Source: Styela clava (lineage: Eukaryota). From it: a stretch of 64,000 bases of DNA. The notes beneath the pieces are model-generated. The model saw only the letters and a program-made list of their open reading frames with translations. It did not search any database and was not told where the DNA came from. A program made the position numbers and the translations under genes. The stretch is taken from NCBI RefSeq assembly GCF_964204865.1, contig NC_135252.1, positions 12,152,001-12,216,000 on the forward strand, given 5' to 3'. Shown here piece by piece: positions 11,658 through 25,300 of this stretch. Every line of letters begins with the position of its first letter. Position 1 is the stretch's first letter.

Positions 11658-13578
11658 TTTTAAATCTAGCTCCGGAAGAATCTGTAAAAAAGAAGAATAC
11701 ATCAATGCTGCATGTTAACAGATACCCTATAATTAAATTAGTATTAGGAAGACTTCGTCATGAAAATAACCATTCCAACGTTCATGGCACGGAATATATG
11801 GAAATAAGTTAATGCAAATATTATTGCGTCGAATACGCTTTTTCAAATAATTGTTTAAAAAATTAGGACTTGAAAGTTGATATCCCGAAAAAATACGATA
11901 CTTGCACGTCGAAGTTCAAAATGTACTTGATGTGCGCATATCACCCAGCAATTTTTTTTATCACTATACGATAGTGTTATCGGAGAAGAGGAAAGACTAT
12001 AAGCTTAATCATATGGCGAATCACGGCCTCTCTTCCAGTTGTCAGAGAATATTCTGCTTGTTTGTGGGTGGGGTGGAACTTTCTGAGGGAGTATTATTCT
12101 GTCACCCTGGCAGACACAGACTAAATTTGTTTAAATGAAATAATTTGAACAGTTTAATCTTAATGAAATGCTATTTAATCGACTCAAAATATTGATAGGA
12201 TTCTCATATTTATCCCTGAGAAAAGGGAAAGCTGATGATATAGCGAACCACACCTTGTATAGAGCTAGTCGAGGTAAATACTCAATCAAAAAATCATCAA
12301 AATTTAAAAAAAATGTTTACACGTATTATCCTTTACTGAGGGAAAAGCATAAGAAATGTACTTTAATTTTTGTTACAAATTAGTGAAATGCTGTTTTACA
12401 TGTATGCGTGAGCTTGTACACCGTTTTGCACGCAGATTATAAAAATATATCTTTGGGTATATTAGATTATTGTGAATAACAACGATTTCGGAATGAGCTT
12501 GGACTTCATATCTTTCACACAAATAGGTAAACGTTGAGGGTAGCCTACTTCTTGCTGCGGATATCATTATTATCGTTTCCGCCGCATAAAATCATTGATT
12601 TTAGGTGGAAGACGTGAGAGCTAATGAATTAGAAAATAATATTTTGGACAATAATTTCATTCTAGCCCAAGCGCTATAATTCTGCAACTTCAGTTGAATT
12701 GGCCGACTAAGTTGAAATCGTTCAGAAACCTCTGACCTTATGATTTTTGCCTATATTGCGATCAGTCTAAATTACTTAACTGTACCTAGCAGAACTTACC
12801 AAAAAACGGCTGTATCAGACTACTTTACGAAGAGGTTGACGCCTACACCGCACCGCCTGTTGAAAAACTGAAAACAAAAAAGATGTATTATTATCTTTGC
12901 ATACCATTGTTACTTCATAATGAGATTTTTTTCTTATCGTGTGGTGTCACATTAGCATAGGAATTTTATGGCTCTACGAAGCTTGATTCAACTTCACCAC
13001 TAGAATGAGGCTTTGCATGCATAACCAATGAGAGTACGGTGTATATTCTTCAAAACGTCACTCTATGCATCTGCTGATTGGCAAATGTCACAAAGTAAAC
13101 AAGGAAGTCGACGCTCAGGGAAACATCCATTCAGTCCGCAATTTTCATTTGAAGCCGTTGTTCCTGGCGAATACTGACATATTCAGTTTCGATTTCTAAA
13201 AACATTCTGTATCACACATAGCAATTTTCAGAACATCTCATCTCGTAACTCGCGTTTTGCGGCCTCCGGCCAGACCCCTTGTTACAGTCAAACGTAGTAG
13301 TATATATTTACGGTCAAACTTGGCAATTACAAATTTCGGCGTTCCTAAAGTATGTGTACCAAGATGACGCACAACCTGAACCTTAACCTGGTACACATAC
13401 TATGTTCAGGTTGTGCGCCATTTACTATAGTACTTCGGGAGCACTTAAATTTCAGAACCCCCCTTTGAAAATTCCTGGCTACGCCCCTGCAGACAATGCA
13501 TGCCCGTCTCCCACCACCATAATATTTCATCCAGCTTATTAGACACGTTTAGTGAACATAACAATCTTTTCAATATTA

Positions 13579-14260
13579 TTGGACACGTAGTGGACATAAC
13601 GATCGTTTCAATATTATGTTGTTGTTGTTGTTCTTGTTCTTTGACACGTTTTTAAAAAGTCGCTTTTCTCTTCGAATACTGGACCAATTGCTTTGAAATT
13701 TTCAGTGGTTGAAGATAAAATTTTTCTCCAGAAGGCTATTACTTTTTTTTTTCGCTATGACGTCTTCAAAATTATTGCCATTGGGTGGCGCTACGTGTCC
13801 ATATATTTGAGCATAGCTCTCTTGTTGGACACGTAGTGGACATAACGATCGTTTCAATATTATGTTGTTGTTGTTGTTGTTCTTTGACACGTTTTTAAAA
13901 AGTCGCTTTTCTCTTCGAATACTGGACCAATTGCTTTGAAATTTTCAGTGGTTAAAGATAAAAATTTTCTCCAGAAGGCTATTACTTTTTTTTTCGCTAT
14001 GACGTCATCAAAATTATGTGACTCTACGTGTCCATACATTTGAGCATAGCTCTCTTGTGTTGTTATTGTTATAATTTGTCTCCATCATTTTTAAAAAATT
14101 GCTTTTCTTTTCGAATACTGGACCAATTGCTTTGAAATTTTTAGTGGTTAAAGATAAAATTTTCTCCAGAAGGTTATTACTTTTTTTCGCTATGACGCCA
14201 TCAAAATTATTGCCATTGGGTGACGCTACGTGTCCATATATTTGAGCATAACTCTCTTGT
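13579..14260 (+). repeat. Tandem array of ~3 units of the ~246-bp repeat
   Basis: Units begin at 13579 and 13825; the third, more diverged unit is at ~14060-14260. Confidence 0.9.
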
Positions 14261-14576
14261 TACACACATGATGATCCATTGTCTGATCTAACTCTGGAAT
14301 CGTCATTTTATTATAAATATTGAATGACCTTATATTCCGGTGACAGACTGTACATATATTTATTAATGAGTCGCTTCGTTTACAATTTAGTATTCAATGC
14401 CTATATATGCGCCTATAATGCAGAGCTGGCCTAACCTCCCCGTACCTTCGACTGCAAAGTGTGTAAAAAGAGGCCCCCGATTTCGAGTGTACCCAATCAA
14501 ATTAAAAGGTATTCTGTCGGCGGCAAATTGAAAAAAAGCTGAAATTCTGCGCTTTATCGGCACTCGGTATCAATAT

Positions 14577-15288
14577 ATATTTCCCCGAAAATAAGATTGG
14601 GTCTTATTACTTATTGATTTTAATCGGTAAGTATATTAAAAGGTCTGTATGTCTGTCTGTATGTCTGTTAGATGCACGTGATATCTCACGAAAGCGAGAT
14701 TGAATCTGATCCAAATTGCAAATGCAAATTGCATGTGCATTCATTTTATTTCGGACCAGGAGCCTATTGATTTTGGGCGAATTATGTCTTATAATTAGAG
14801 AGTTATTAATTAATTAGTGATGGGACACAAGGTGTCACTATGGAGTAAGAGCGCTGTTTTGGATCCCCTAACTTTCGATCGATAAGTCTTCGGTCTCTGA
14901 CCGATATTCTCGTTTAAATTTTCTTCCGAAAAATACCACTAGGGCTTATTTTCGGGATGTCTTATATTTCATTTATCAAAAACAAAATTACAAAGTAGAG
15001 AATTACGAGATTTTCAAATATACAAAATATGAAAACCGATATTCATTTACTCCATATATAAATAATACGTTTTTATTCAAAATAGCTGCAAAACATAGAT
15101 TATCAATCATTTAAAACTTGTAGTAGAGATATCTTGCTATCGGCTAGGTCAAAAAATCAAAAAAAATTCGCGTTATTGACTAGGTCTTATTTTAAGGGAA
15201 GGGCTTATAATCTTATATTAATATTATTTCTTAAATTCGGGCTAGGTTTTATTTTAAGGGTAGGTCTTATTTTCGGGGAAACACGGTA
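14577..15288. mobile_element. Tc1/mariner-superfamily (pogo/Tc2-like) MITE carrying a nested insertion
   Basis: Left TTTCCCCGAAAATAAGA, right TCTTATTTTCGGGGAAACACGG|TA; internal AGGTCTTATTTT sub-repeats. Confidence 0.7.
14604..14915 (+). mobile_element. ~300-bp interspersed element with HINE/DINE-1-like architecture, copy 1
   Basis: 5' hairpin TACTTA(T/C)CGAT...ATCGGTAAGTA, (GTCT)n tract, 3' hairpin TCGGTC-TCT-GACCGA, T-rich ends; three copies in the window. Confidence 0.75.
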
Positions 15289-16184
15289 TATATATATATC
15301 TATTTGTGAGTTATGATTATATTTCTTACCTAACCTAACCATCAATTGGACAAACTTTTCAATTCGCGATTTCTTTTTCAACAACCACAACTTTCATATT
15401 TGACTGTTCCCAGTAGCCGTACATTTTTTATGCGTTTACTAATGCGTTCTTTACTTGTTTATTCTCCTAAATTAAAGTTATACGTGCTTCCACTGTCGTG
15501 TTTTTATTTATAAAAGGTACGTTTTCCACCCAATCAATCTGATTTTTTATACATTATATCTGGTTTCCAGGCCTTTCCGTGTTGTACTATTATGTAAATG
15601 ACAATATGTACTACAATGGTCGTTTCCATCAGAAAACGATGGGCGCTATTTAGTCGTGCACCCATTCACTCTCTGTTCTGTTTGACCGACAGTAACCCAA
15701 TTTTCCGCGCGTGAACTCTCTCCTTTCACTACAACATAGGACGATAGATACAAAGTCCAAAAGAACACGCGTTGCCGTTCAAAATAAAAGCGCTAACGAA
15801 ATTAAAGTGCGAAAACAGTCGGCCGAAGGTCGCGCTTAGAGTGATATTTCTTGCCTGGAATACATTTTACAATCACATTTGAGCTGCGTGTCTTATCAGT
15901 TCAAGTCAGCTGCCGTTTAAGGCTGCTGATTCTTCACACCATGTGGTACACGCACGCTTTGTACAAAGTCTTCTCGAACCTCGTGTATTTGTTAAAAACT
16001 GACAATACTATATATATAACGTGTACGTAGACGGACACCATTCATATTGCAATTTACGTTTGGCGGTTGGGTAGCATGTACTAAATCTGCGACTTGAAAT
16101 ATAACGTCAGAGTAGTAATACTAGGACCCTTTTTTCAGGTATTTATAATTTGAATAATTAATATTAACTGACCGTTAAAAAGAC

Positions 16185-18215
16185 ATGTCTAGCAAGACGA
16201 GGGCAAAGCCGACCACAAGCAACGACCCGGGTTCTCCCTATCGATGCGTGGAAAGTTTTAACGATCTTGTTTTGTCGGATTACGACGGAGAACGAACGAT
16301 CGATCGAGTTTTTGAAGTCGCTGTCAGAAAATATGGAAATTGCCAATCTCTCGGAACAAGAGAACTGCTATCAGAAGCCGACGAAAAACAGCCAGACGGA
16401 AAAGTATTCAAAAAGGCAACATTTGGTGACTATAAGTGGTTGACTTTGAAAGAAGTAAGCTTGAAAGTAGAAAATCTTGCCAGGGGAATTGGAGCGCTCG
16501 GTGTCCAACCAGGTCAAAATGTAGCAATATTCTTGGAAACGCAAAGAGAATGGATGATTGCCGCGCAAGCATGTTTCAGATACAACTTTCCACTCGTCAC
16601 TGTATATGCAACGCTGGGCGAAGATGGAATTACATATGCACTAAATCAAACGGAGGCACATTGCGTAATTACCAGTGGAAATCTGTTAATGACCAAGTTG
16701 AAGAATTGCTTGAGTAGTTTGCCTAGCTTGAGAACAATTATCTATGTAGATTCAGGAAACAAAGTTGCAGACATCCCGGATGAAATTCAGTTGAAAAGCT
16801 ATCCCGAAGTTGAAAACCTTGGTAGCTCTCCACAGGGTCAAACTATCAAACGACAGTCGACCTCAGCTGACGATCTTGCTATTATTATGTACACCAGTGG
16901 AACAACAGGGAACCCAAAAGGAGTGATGATAAGTCATGGAAATTTTGTCGCTGCAATGTCCGGTATATCTTCTCGTATTCCCAACCTTTCAACAGAAGAC
17001 ACATATATCGCATATCTACCTTTAGCCCACGTACTGGAGCTTGCAGCAGAAACAATTCTGCTCTGTGGTGGCGCTGGAATTGGTTATTCCTCACCTTTAA
17101 CACTGACCGACAGATCAAGTAGGATAAAGTCCGGAACAAAAGGAGATGCAAGTGTCTTACGTCCAACTCTGATGGCTGCTGTGCCAGAAATAATGGAACG
17201 CATGAGGAAAGCATTAATGCAAGCCATTCAAGAATTTGGTTTTATCCGACAAAATGTTTTTCACTATGCATACAACTACAAACTCAGCTGTGTGGAACAT
17301 GGCCAAGACACTCCGACACTCAACAGATTTGTATTCAAAAACACGAAAGGACTTCTTGGAGGCAGAGTACGAGCTATGCTATGTGGTGGGGCACCACTCG
17401 ATGCACAAACACAGAGATTCATGAATGTATGTATGTGCTGTCCAGTAGGACAAGGGTACGGTTTAACAGAAACATGTGGGGCGGGGACAATAACACAAGT
17501 CTTAACAGATCACTCAACTGGAACCGTAGGTCCACCAATCCCAAGTGCAGAAATAAAGCTTGTTTCGTGGGAAGAAGGTGGATACTTCCCATCAAACAAG
17601 CCTCATGCACAGGGAGAGGTGTGGATCGGAGGACCAATCATCTCCCAGGGATACTATAAAAATGAAGAAAAGACTGCAGAAGATTTTTATGTTGATGAAG
17701 ATGGCCAGAGATGGTTTAAAACAGGCGATATTGGAGAGATTTTAGATGATGGAAGCCTAAAGATTATTGATAGGAAAAAGGATCTTGTTAAACTGTCACA
17801 TGGTGAATACATAGCTGTTGGAAACATTGAATCAAAATTGAAAGCATCACCGCTCATGGACAATGTTTGGATATATGCAAATGGAATGCACCCAACCGCG
17901 ATGGCTTTTATTGTGCCAAACGAGAAAGCCTTCATGGCATTGGCTGCCAACAAAGGTTTAAATTCAAAAAGCATGGAGGAACTATGCAACAATTCAGAAA
18001 TGGAGCAGGAAATGAAAAAAGCGCTATTGCAAGCATGTAAAGTCGCAAAGCTTCAAAAATTTGAAATTCCACAAAAAATGGCTGTAGAGCCGGAGCCATG
18101 GACGCCAGAGGCAGGGCTAATTACTTCAGCATTTAAGCTAAAACGCAAAGCTCTTACTGAACACTATGCCGCCAAAATTGAAGAGAACTTCCCCCATTCA
18201 AAACAAACAGTTTAG
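16185..18215 (+). CDS. Long-chain fatty-acyl-CoA ligase, ACSL3/ACSL4-like (676 aa, intron-free CDS)
   Basis: Same motifs as the 9651-11657 paralogue; N-terminus RAKPTTSNDPGSPYR resembles ACSL4 KAKPTSDKPGSPYR; AATAAA at 18436. Confidence 0.95.
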   Translation: MSSKTRAKPTTSNDPGSPYRCVESFNDLVLSDYDGERTIDRVFEVAVRKYGNCQSLGTRELLSEADEKQPDGKVFKKATFGDYKWLTLKEVSLKVENLARGIGALGVQPGQNVAIFLETQREWMIAAQACFRYNFPLVTVYATLGEDGITYALNQTEAHCVITSGNLLMTKLKNCLSSLPSLRTIIYVDSGNKVADIPDEIQLKSYPEVENLGSSPQGQTIKRQSTSADDLAIIMYTSGTTGNPKGVMISHGNFVAAMSGISSRIPNLSTEDTYIAYLPLAHVLELAAETILLCGGAGIGYSSPLTLTDRSSRIKSGTKGDASVLRPTLMAAVPEIMERMRKALMQAIQEFGFIRQNVFHYAYNYKLSCVEHGQDTPTLNRFVFKNTKGLLGGRVRAMLCGGAPLDAQTQRFMNVCMCCPVGQGYGLTETCGAGTITQVLTDHSTGTVGPPIPSAEIKLVSWEEGGYFPSNKPHAQGEVWIGGPIISQGYYKNEEKTAEDFYVDEDGQRWFKTGDIGEILDDGSLKIIDRKKDLVKLSHGEYIAVGNIESKLKASPLMDNVWIYANGMHPTAMAFIVPNEKAFMALAANKGLNSKSMEELCNNSEMEQEMKKALLQACKVAKLQKFEIPQKMAVEPEPWTPEAGLITSAFKLKRKALTEHYAAKIEENFPHSKQTV

Positions 18216-19339
18216 AATTTAGTTGGATTGTAATTTTGCTTCATAATAATACCATGTCCCGTCACATTTCATAACTGCAATTGCTTAGTTTCTTATTGTG
18301 TATCTCTTAAATTATAAGTTCATATTATATATACATAGTTCATCTGATCTGTAAAATTACAACATTTTTGTGCTTTGTCCTAAGATTACACAATCTATCC
18401 AAAGATCATTTTTTAAAATCTGTGATAAATCTGCAAATAAAATTAAGACATTCGAAATCCAACAATTATGCCTCAAAACTTGATTTTATTAGTTTCTTGA
18501 AAGTTAATGACGAGAAAAGTAGACAGCAGATATAAAAGCTAGTAGAATAGCGAGCAAAAATATATGTATGTGATAGAATTTTGGGGAAAAAATTGGGAGA
18601 AATAAGTTAAAATAACAGTTACTGTACAAAATAACAGTTACTGTACAAACGAAAGTAATAATGTAAACCTCAACCAGGTTAAGTAGTGCGTGAGGTGGTA
18701 GAAAATAAAATACATGATTGTAGGCTTGAAATCGTTTCGGAAACATGAAAATAATATTGGTACGTAATTAGTATTCTTGCATCTGATAACGCAGGCAATT
18801 GAAAGGTCGTGGTAAAGTTTCAAATAATAAAATGACTGACATGTCCTATTAAAATAAACCAAAGCTTGGTAAAGTACATCCGACTGGTAGTATATACCTC
18901 GCGTTTTCTATAGTACTAGATTTTATTTCTTCATCACATAGCCAAAGTGCAGCATTAAAAAACAGCAAAAGCGATAATAACTAAAAAAATATATCCAAAA
19001 ACTATCAAAATTTTTATGATAAATATATAATTACAGCATAATAGACCTTGTAATATAATAAATACTTCATATTTTGTCAAACTTTACAAGTGACAAAGAA
19101 AATGAAATAGACAGACCAGCTTGGTATCATATCATCTCAAGCTCGATGAATCCATCAAAATTAAAAAAACACCTCAATATATCCAGCAATAGATAATTAA
19201 TTAATAAGCTACGCAGAAGCATGCATCCAATCACCCTTGCCTTGTTAATTATTAACATGTACTGTGGAGGCATGCTATGTCACGAAACCGAGAGCTTTAT
19301 TTATGTAAGATTAGATGTTAACAAGTAGGCTGACTTCTG

Positions 19340-22300
19340 TCATGTTTTTCTTTTCCTGCCTCTGCGAGGCTTTGGTGAGGAAGTACCACTTTCGGCTTCC
19401 AATGATTGACGTTGAACAACTCCATGTGAACTTGTCGATGGAAGGGGAATCAGCTTCTGAAACATAATTTACATGTTTGCAAAAAAAAATTGTGAATCCC
19501 ATTGCCGATCATAACAATACTATTAATATTTTGTTATCATTATTCTACTTAGTGGACAGAACATAATGTTAGTCATACAACGGGTCATACGAATATTTTG
19601 AAAAATGTCAACACGAAGATGACAGACAAGATATAAATAGAATATTTTCGAATTACCAACCTTGCTTCCACCCTGTTTTAGTTCCTGCTGCTGTTCCAGC
19701 TCATCGACTGCTTCTTGTATTGCTGTTTCCAAATGAATGCTTATCTTACGGTGTCTGTAATACGATTAGAACATTAGTGTAAGGCAATGGCAGTATACTG
19801 GACTACCCCAGTTTATAATGAAAGCAAAATTTCATCCTAAAAGTTCTACCTTTAAAATACAGTGAATTGATAGCATATCTTTGCTTTATCGAAAATAACA
19901 ATTCTATTCTTTCTGTATCCCAACATAACACTCAAGAGAAAGCAAATCACTTTGTCCAGGATAAGACAAAAATGTATAAATGACAGGAATTTATGTAAAA
20001 TAATTCTCTGTAAAGTCTAATATCTCAATCAGAAATAGTAGAGTAGAGTTTCATTCCTATTGTTATATCAAACAGTATACAATGTACCTTGTTCTGCCCT
20101 TTTTCCTTGACTTGTGATGAGCTTCTAGACCTTCAGTCATAGTACGCAAATCAGCAGGATTCATTTGAGTGAAAGTATGGTCACCAAACCACTTTACCCA
20201 AACCTAAAAAAGAATGCTTATTATATCACAACATCTAGCCACAATTAGACTTTTTTCTGGTTTAAAATATACATATTCCTATTAGTCAAATTTGAAGAAT
20301 CCAATGAAATAACAATACGAAGAGAAGTGTTTTGATGCTCAAAGCATAAAAAAATAGTCCAGATTAGGCAGAATAAATATAATGACTCTGTCTAGAAATA
20401 TAAATGATCTTTCAGCTAATCAAATCTCAAAAAGTGAGATATAACAAGACATTTTGGAACTAGAATTATTTTGACTCATTAGTGACTAACACAATTAAAA
20501 TGTTGCACAATTACCCAAACTTGAATGAAAATAATTTTTTGGTTGAACATTGAATTATAAAGCATGCATTTACAAATCAATTTAAATTTACCTTTCCATC
20601 TGATAAAGGTGCCCTTTGCAGTAGTCCACGCACTTCAGAAGGCTTCACAATTTTTCCTGGCCAAGAAGGAAAACCTCTCATTTGACCCCATACTAAGTCA
20701 CCAATCTGAAAACAACAGATTTTGGCTGTGAAAACCGATACAACAAAGCGAAACCATTTTCGATTGTTACATACTATAGTCTTTATTCGAAGACAATGGA
20801 TTGATGTTAAAAGATTTTTTTTGATTATTCAATTCAAAAAGTGTAATATGCTCCCTAATAAGTGAGGCTTGAAAATTGTGATTGATAAGCAAGGCATAAT
20901 TTAGCTGCATAGTCCATTCAAATGAAAAAAAAAGTAAATTGAGATATAATATAGAATTTATAAATATAAAATTGTTCAGATAAAACTTTTATAAAACACC
21001 CAGTCTTAGGACAAATTTACCTTTACAATTCTTGTAGACTTTTCAGTGGTAGTACGGGAAATAGGTCTAAGAGTTGACAATACAGGTGTGCTAAAATATT
21101 AAAAGAAGAATGGTAATAAGAAAAGAATGGTGAATGATGTAATCTAACTATGTTTACAATGTCTGGAGGAGGACTTCTAAGTACCGTAATACTAACATCT
21201 GATAAGTGCAAAGTCCAAAACTAAAAATTTCACCATGACCTCATGGAAATAATACAAAATTAAATGGATTCTGGCCAAAGTTACCTAAGACAGACTGTAA
21301 AAAAATTTAGATGATCTTGTGAATATACTTTACTATAAACCAGATATGCATATATTATATGAGAGGAAAACTGCACTAAATAGGAAATACAACTTTGAAA
21401 TCTGTAATATTTGGGCATTTTTTCCAACAAATTGGAAATAAATTTTAGCCCAAAATCAAAATACATCTCTAGCAAAAAAAGAAATTAATTGATATGTGGT
21501 TATATGGTCTGATATTACATATTATATAGCTAATATGAATGTTTTGTGTACTATTGAACTACTTACTGCTTCAAAAAAAAGTTGACTTGGGGTAATCTAT
21601 TTCCACAATAATGACTTTGTTCTAAGTAAAGCAAATGTCTAATAATTATCAGATTTCATTATAATCAAAGTCCAAAAGTTTTTACATGGCAACATTATGG
21701 TATGACACTTATATTATATAGCTAGTCTAGAAAAAGTTGAACCAAAGTAACCTATGTTCACAGTGATAACATCTTCTAAGAGTTTAAAGTCCAAATTTCA
21801 GAACGTAATATCAGGCCACTTTCACCAGGGAATAAATATATGTTTATTTGAGTATCATACCAGGATATAATTTATTTTAATTTAATATAATTTAAAATTA
21901 ATTTAATTAATTAATAAGTGAAATGAAGATGTGAAATAAGTGAAATTGAGATGCAAATTCGATGAAACAAGTTCTGTAATGTTGTCAATACTAACTACAT
22001 ATAGAGTACTTAAACAACATAAATTAGACATTTGTATAATTATATTATCCAATGCAACTTTTGTGGTCAATAAACATACTAGAATATTTACTACAATATT
22101 TGTATAAAGAGTTCCCTCTGAAAAAAGATTCGAAACATATTCTAAAGACGACATATACTAAAGATAACTTTTGAGCAAAGCGTCCAAGATTACTGAAACT
22201 TTTGGGTAAATCATGCACAAACAAAAATTCCAGTGTTAAATAAATTTTTTTCATTTTCGTAGAGGTAACAAAGAAATTTATGAATTCTGTTATTATAGGC

Positions 22301-25300
22301 AACCCTGTATGTTTATTCTGTGATATGCAAAAAGGCAGCTCTTGGATAAATTCAAAGCAAGATGATATGGGATAAGTTGAGGTAGTAATTGTGGCTGTGC
22401 ACGACTGCTGCGTGAAAGTGTATGGGAATTAAATTTATTGGAAATGAAGTGGACATATGAACCGTTTTGTTGTTGCCAATATAATTGAGGCAAAACGTCA
22501 CAGAATTGGGATTCCTGGTATGAAAACCTGACCGTTAGTAACCTCAAAATACATAAAAGTGGCCTGACTGAATTTCTTGAAATTTAATTCCAATAACAAA
22601 GGTCAAAGTCCTAAGTATCACACCATTAACTTGATTTTAGGTTTTGATCACCATTCTAGGTCTATTTTAAGACACTAAATATTTATTGATCTCCACAATG
22701 ATACCAATAATAAGCCCAGTTGATTGAAAAATGTGCCTTTTCATTCTTATCCATCTGTAACTGGGAAGACTTACAGTGCATATAGTGAATCAATTTCTTT
22801 GTTGTATATTCAAGTGATATCAAAAAGTTCAATACATTGTGTGTATCAAAGGCTGTGCCATACAATTACTTCATATGTTCTTAAGTTCAAGTTTTGACTG
22901 TTCAATGAATGCATTCAGTGCGTGCCTTCGCTTGGCACAAGCAAAAAGGTTATGGTCTCTTATTTTATATACAGAATATCTATCTAAGGGCTAAAAAGGC
23001 TACATAGACATTTAGCTATTGGTACAAGCCAATGTCATTTAATTCTAAGCGCTCAGTGAGAAGAAATTTCACAAATAAGCTCTTGGAAAAGACTTTTTGA
23101 GTAAAGATGAAAAAGTATTCACAATGTTTTAATCTTAAGTTTTACCAATTGGGTATATCTGATAAATCTATATTTATGATTAGTACAAGTTGTTTTTTAA
23201 GTGTTGCGACATCCCATACATGTAAAATGTTTTGAAATTGCAAATTTTTGTATTCACAACCGCTTTCATTGCCATATGTGTTTCTATCATATTCTTTAAT
23301 TATTTACAAGTTTCAAAACACATTTTCTTGACAATCAGGTCGCTGTTAAATTTTAATGGGATATTGGGTAATATGGTGTTATTGCACCCTAGCTTATTTT
23401 CTGATTTGTCTTATTTGGTTCTGTTTATCCCAATGAAGAAAGAATAGGGGATTTCTTCCGGCTTCCGCTATAACTTGTCTAACCTAACCCGAGACGAATA
23501 GAATCCGATGAAAAAAAAATTAATTGTGGAGCAATAACAAAAAAGCACTGAAAATTCACCAACATGAAATAGTTTTGTTTAAAAAGCCTGTAAGAAGGAT
23601 TAATCAACAATTCGTACTGTATCTGAGATGATGTGGTAACCCTTTCAGTGATATCACCAAACACTTTTACTAGACCTATTTCACAATCTTAGGTGCTTAT
23701 CAAAGTGTGCTTAATACGATTTAGTAATAGATGTTAGTTTATACAACACATAATAAATAACATTGATAGTTGCAAACATTGTAAAACAAATTTTAGATCG
23801 ATTGCGCAATTTTATATGTCGAAATGATTAAGTTAACAGAGATTGGTTCAGATGGGTCCAAACTAGCACAGTAAGAGTCAGTTTATCTAGTGGGCCCAAT
23901 GTAAATATTGCATTTTACTAATAGTGATTCATTCAATGACTGAATTAAAGGATAAATATGTCTGAGCAATGAACAATTGAATAAAATTCTGATTATAATT
24001 CAAAATACTAATTTACTTTATGAATTTATTCCCTCTTATAGAAATGCATATATCATGATGGTTGAGACTTCCTTTGCAAGTATTTTCAACTTTGGATAAT
24101 TTAAATTGTTCCATTTTCCAGCGAAATTACGATATCTATGCGACTTTTAATTAATATATAAAAATCTTGACTTTTTAGCAAACATATCGTATTTTATAAA
24201 AATGTCACTTTTGCATACCTTTCAAGCAAAACTGTTTAAACAACTGACTCCTATACATATAAAATTATTGGAATTCACGGTATTAAAAATTTTACTATCC
24301 AAGTATTTTCATTATTCAAATTTTATTGTCCCTTTAGTGGTCTACTCAGGGCAAACAAGGCTGTTTTAAATGCACTACTGTAATAAATAAAAGATGCATT
24401 TAATTTCATATTGCCATAAACACCATTGTGATCCAACACAAGTTTCTCTTTTGATCTATTGTGTTTTAGTCCTCAGAAGGTCATTGAACGCTTACAGCGC
24501 ACACTACATAAAATATTAATACCTACAAAACATGACAGCACTAAAACTCATACCTAGATCCCGTTGACTGCCTTTTAGACGGTTTTTCAATCGAGGTGTC
24601 AGATATTGCACTGCGCTTCATGTTCTGAAATAAGACAAAGAAAATAACTTTTGTGCGTAACTTTTTGGTACAATCATACACGAACAGAAGTTCAAGTGTT
24701 AAATAAATTTTCTTCATTTTCGTAGAATTAATTAGGAAATTTGTCACCCTATAAATGTCATAACAAATTTGCGCAAGGCAACTTCAAAATATTTCATTAT
24801 TTGAAAACCAAACATTTCCAGAATCAAAAACAATGATGGTATAATGATAAAGGGTTAAAATATCACATCTTTAACAATAATTATTCACTTATCCAGTGAT
24901 GTGTAGTGATAGATTATATATACAATATTATCAAAAGAGTAGGATTTTTTAAACATGAACCGTTCATAGGAAAGACTGGTCATGAAAGGCACCAATCCAA
25001 AAACAGATAATGAGATATTGAGGAAAAAGCTGAATGCCAATGCGTAGCAAAGGACATGGCCAATTGGAATAAAACTCAACCAATTCAATAACCAGGCAAT
25101 ACCAATTGGTTATAAATTTTTCACGAGTAAAATAGTACAGTTACTTTAGACTGCTGCCTTCCCTGCAATAATGATTTTCTAGCAGATTCGAGATCAAATC
25201 ATCAGCGAAAATATAGAAATAAAGTTAGTTGAATAAGTTTGAAACTGCAAGTATGCTTTTAAAAAATTCAGGTAATTTTTCCGCGAGTTGCACGCTTGTA

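Noticed and set aside
11658-11705. N-terminal extension MMYSSFLQILPELDLK of the minus-strand ACSL ORF
   Set aside because: Crosses a splice acceptor and is absent from the paralogue.
11980-12090. Possible SINE fragment similar to ~51180-51240
   Set aside because: Similarity too short and degenerate to define an element or A/B boxes.
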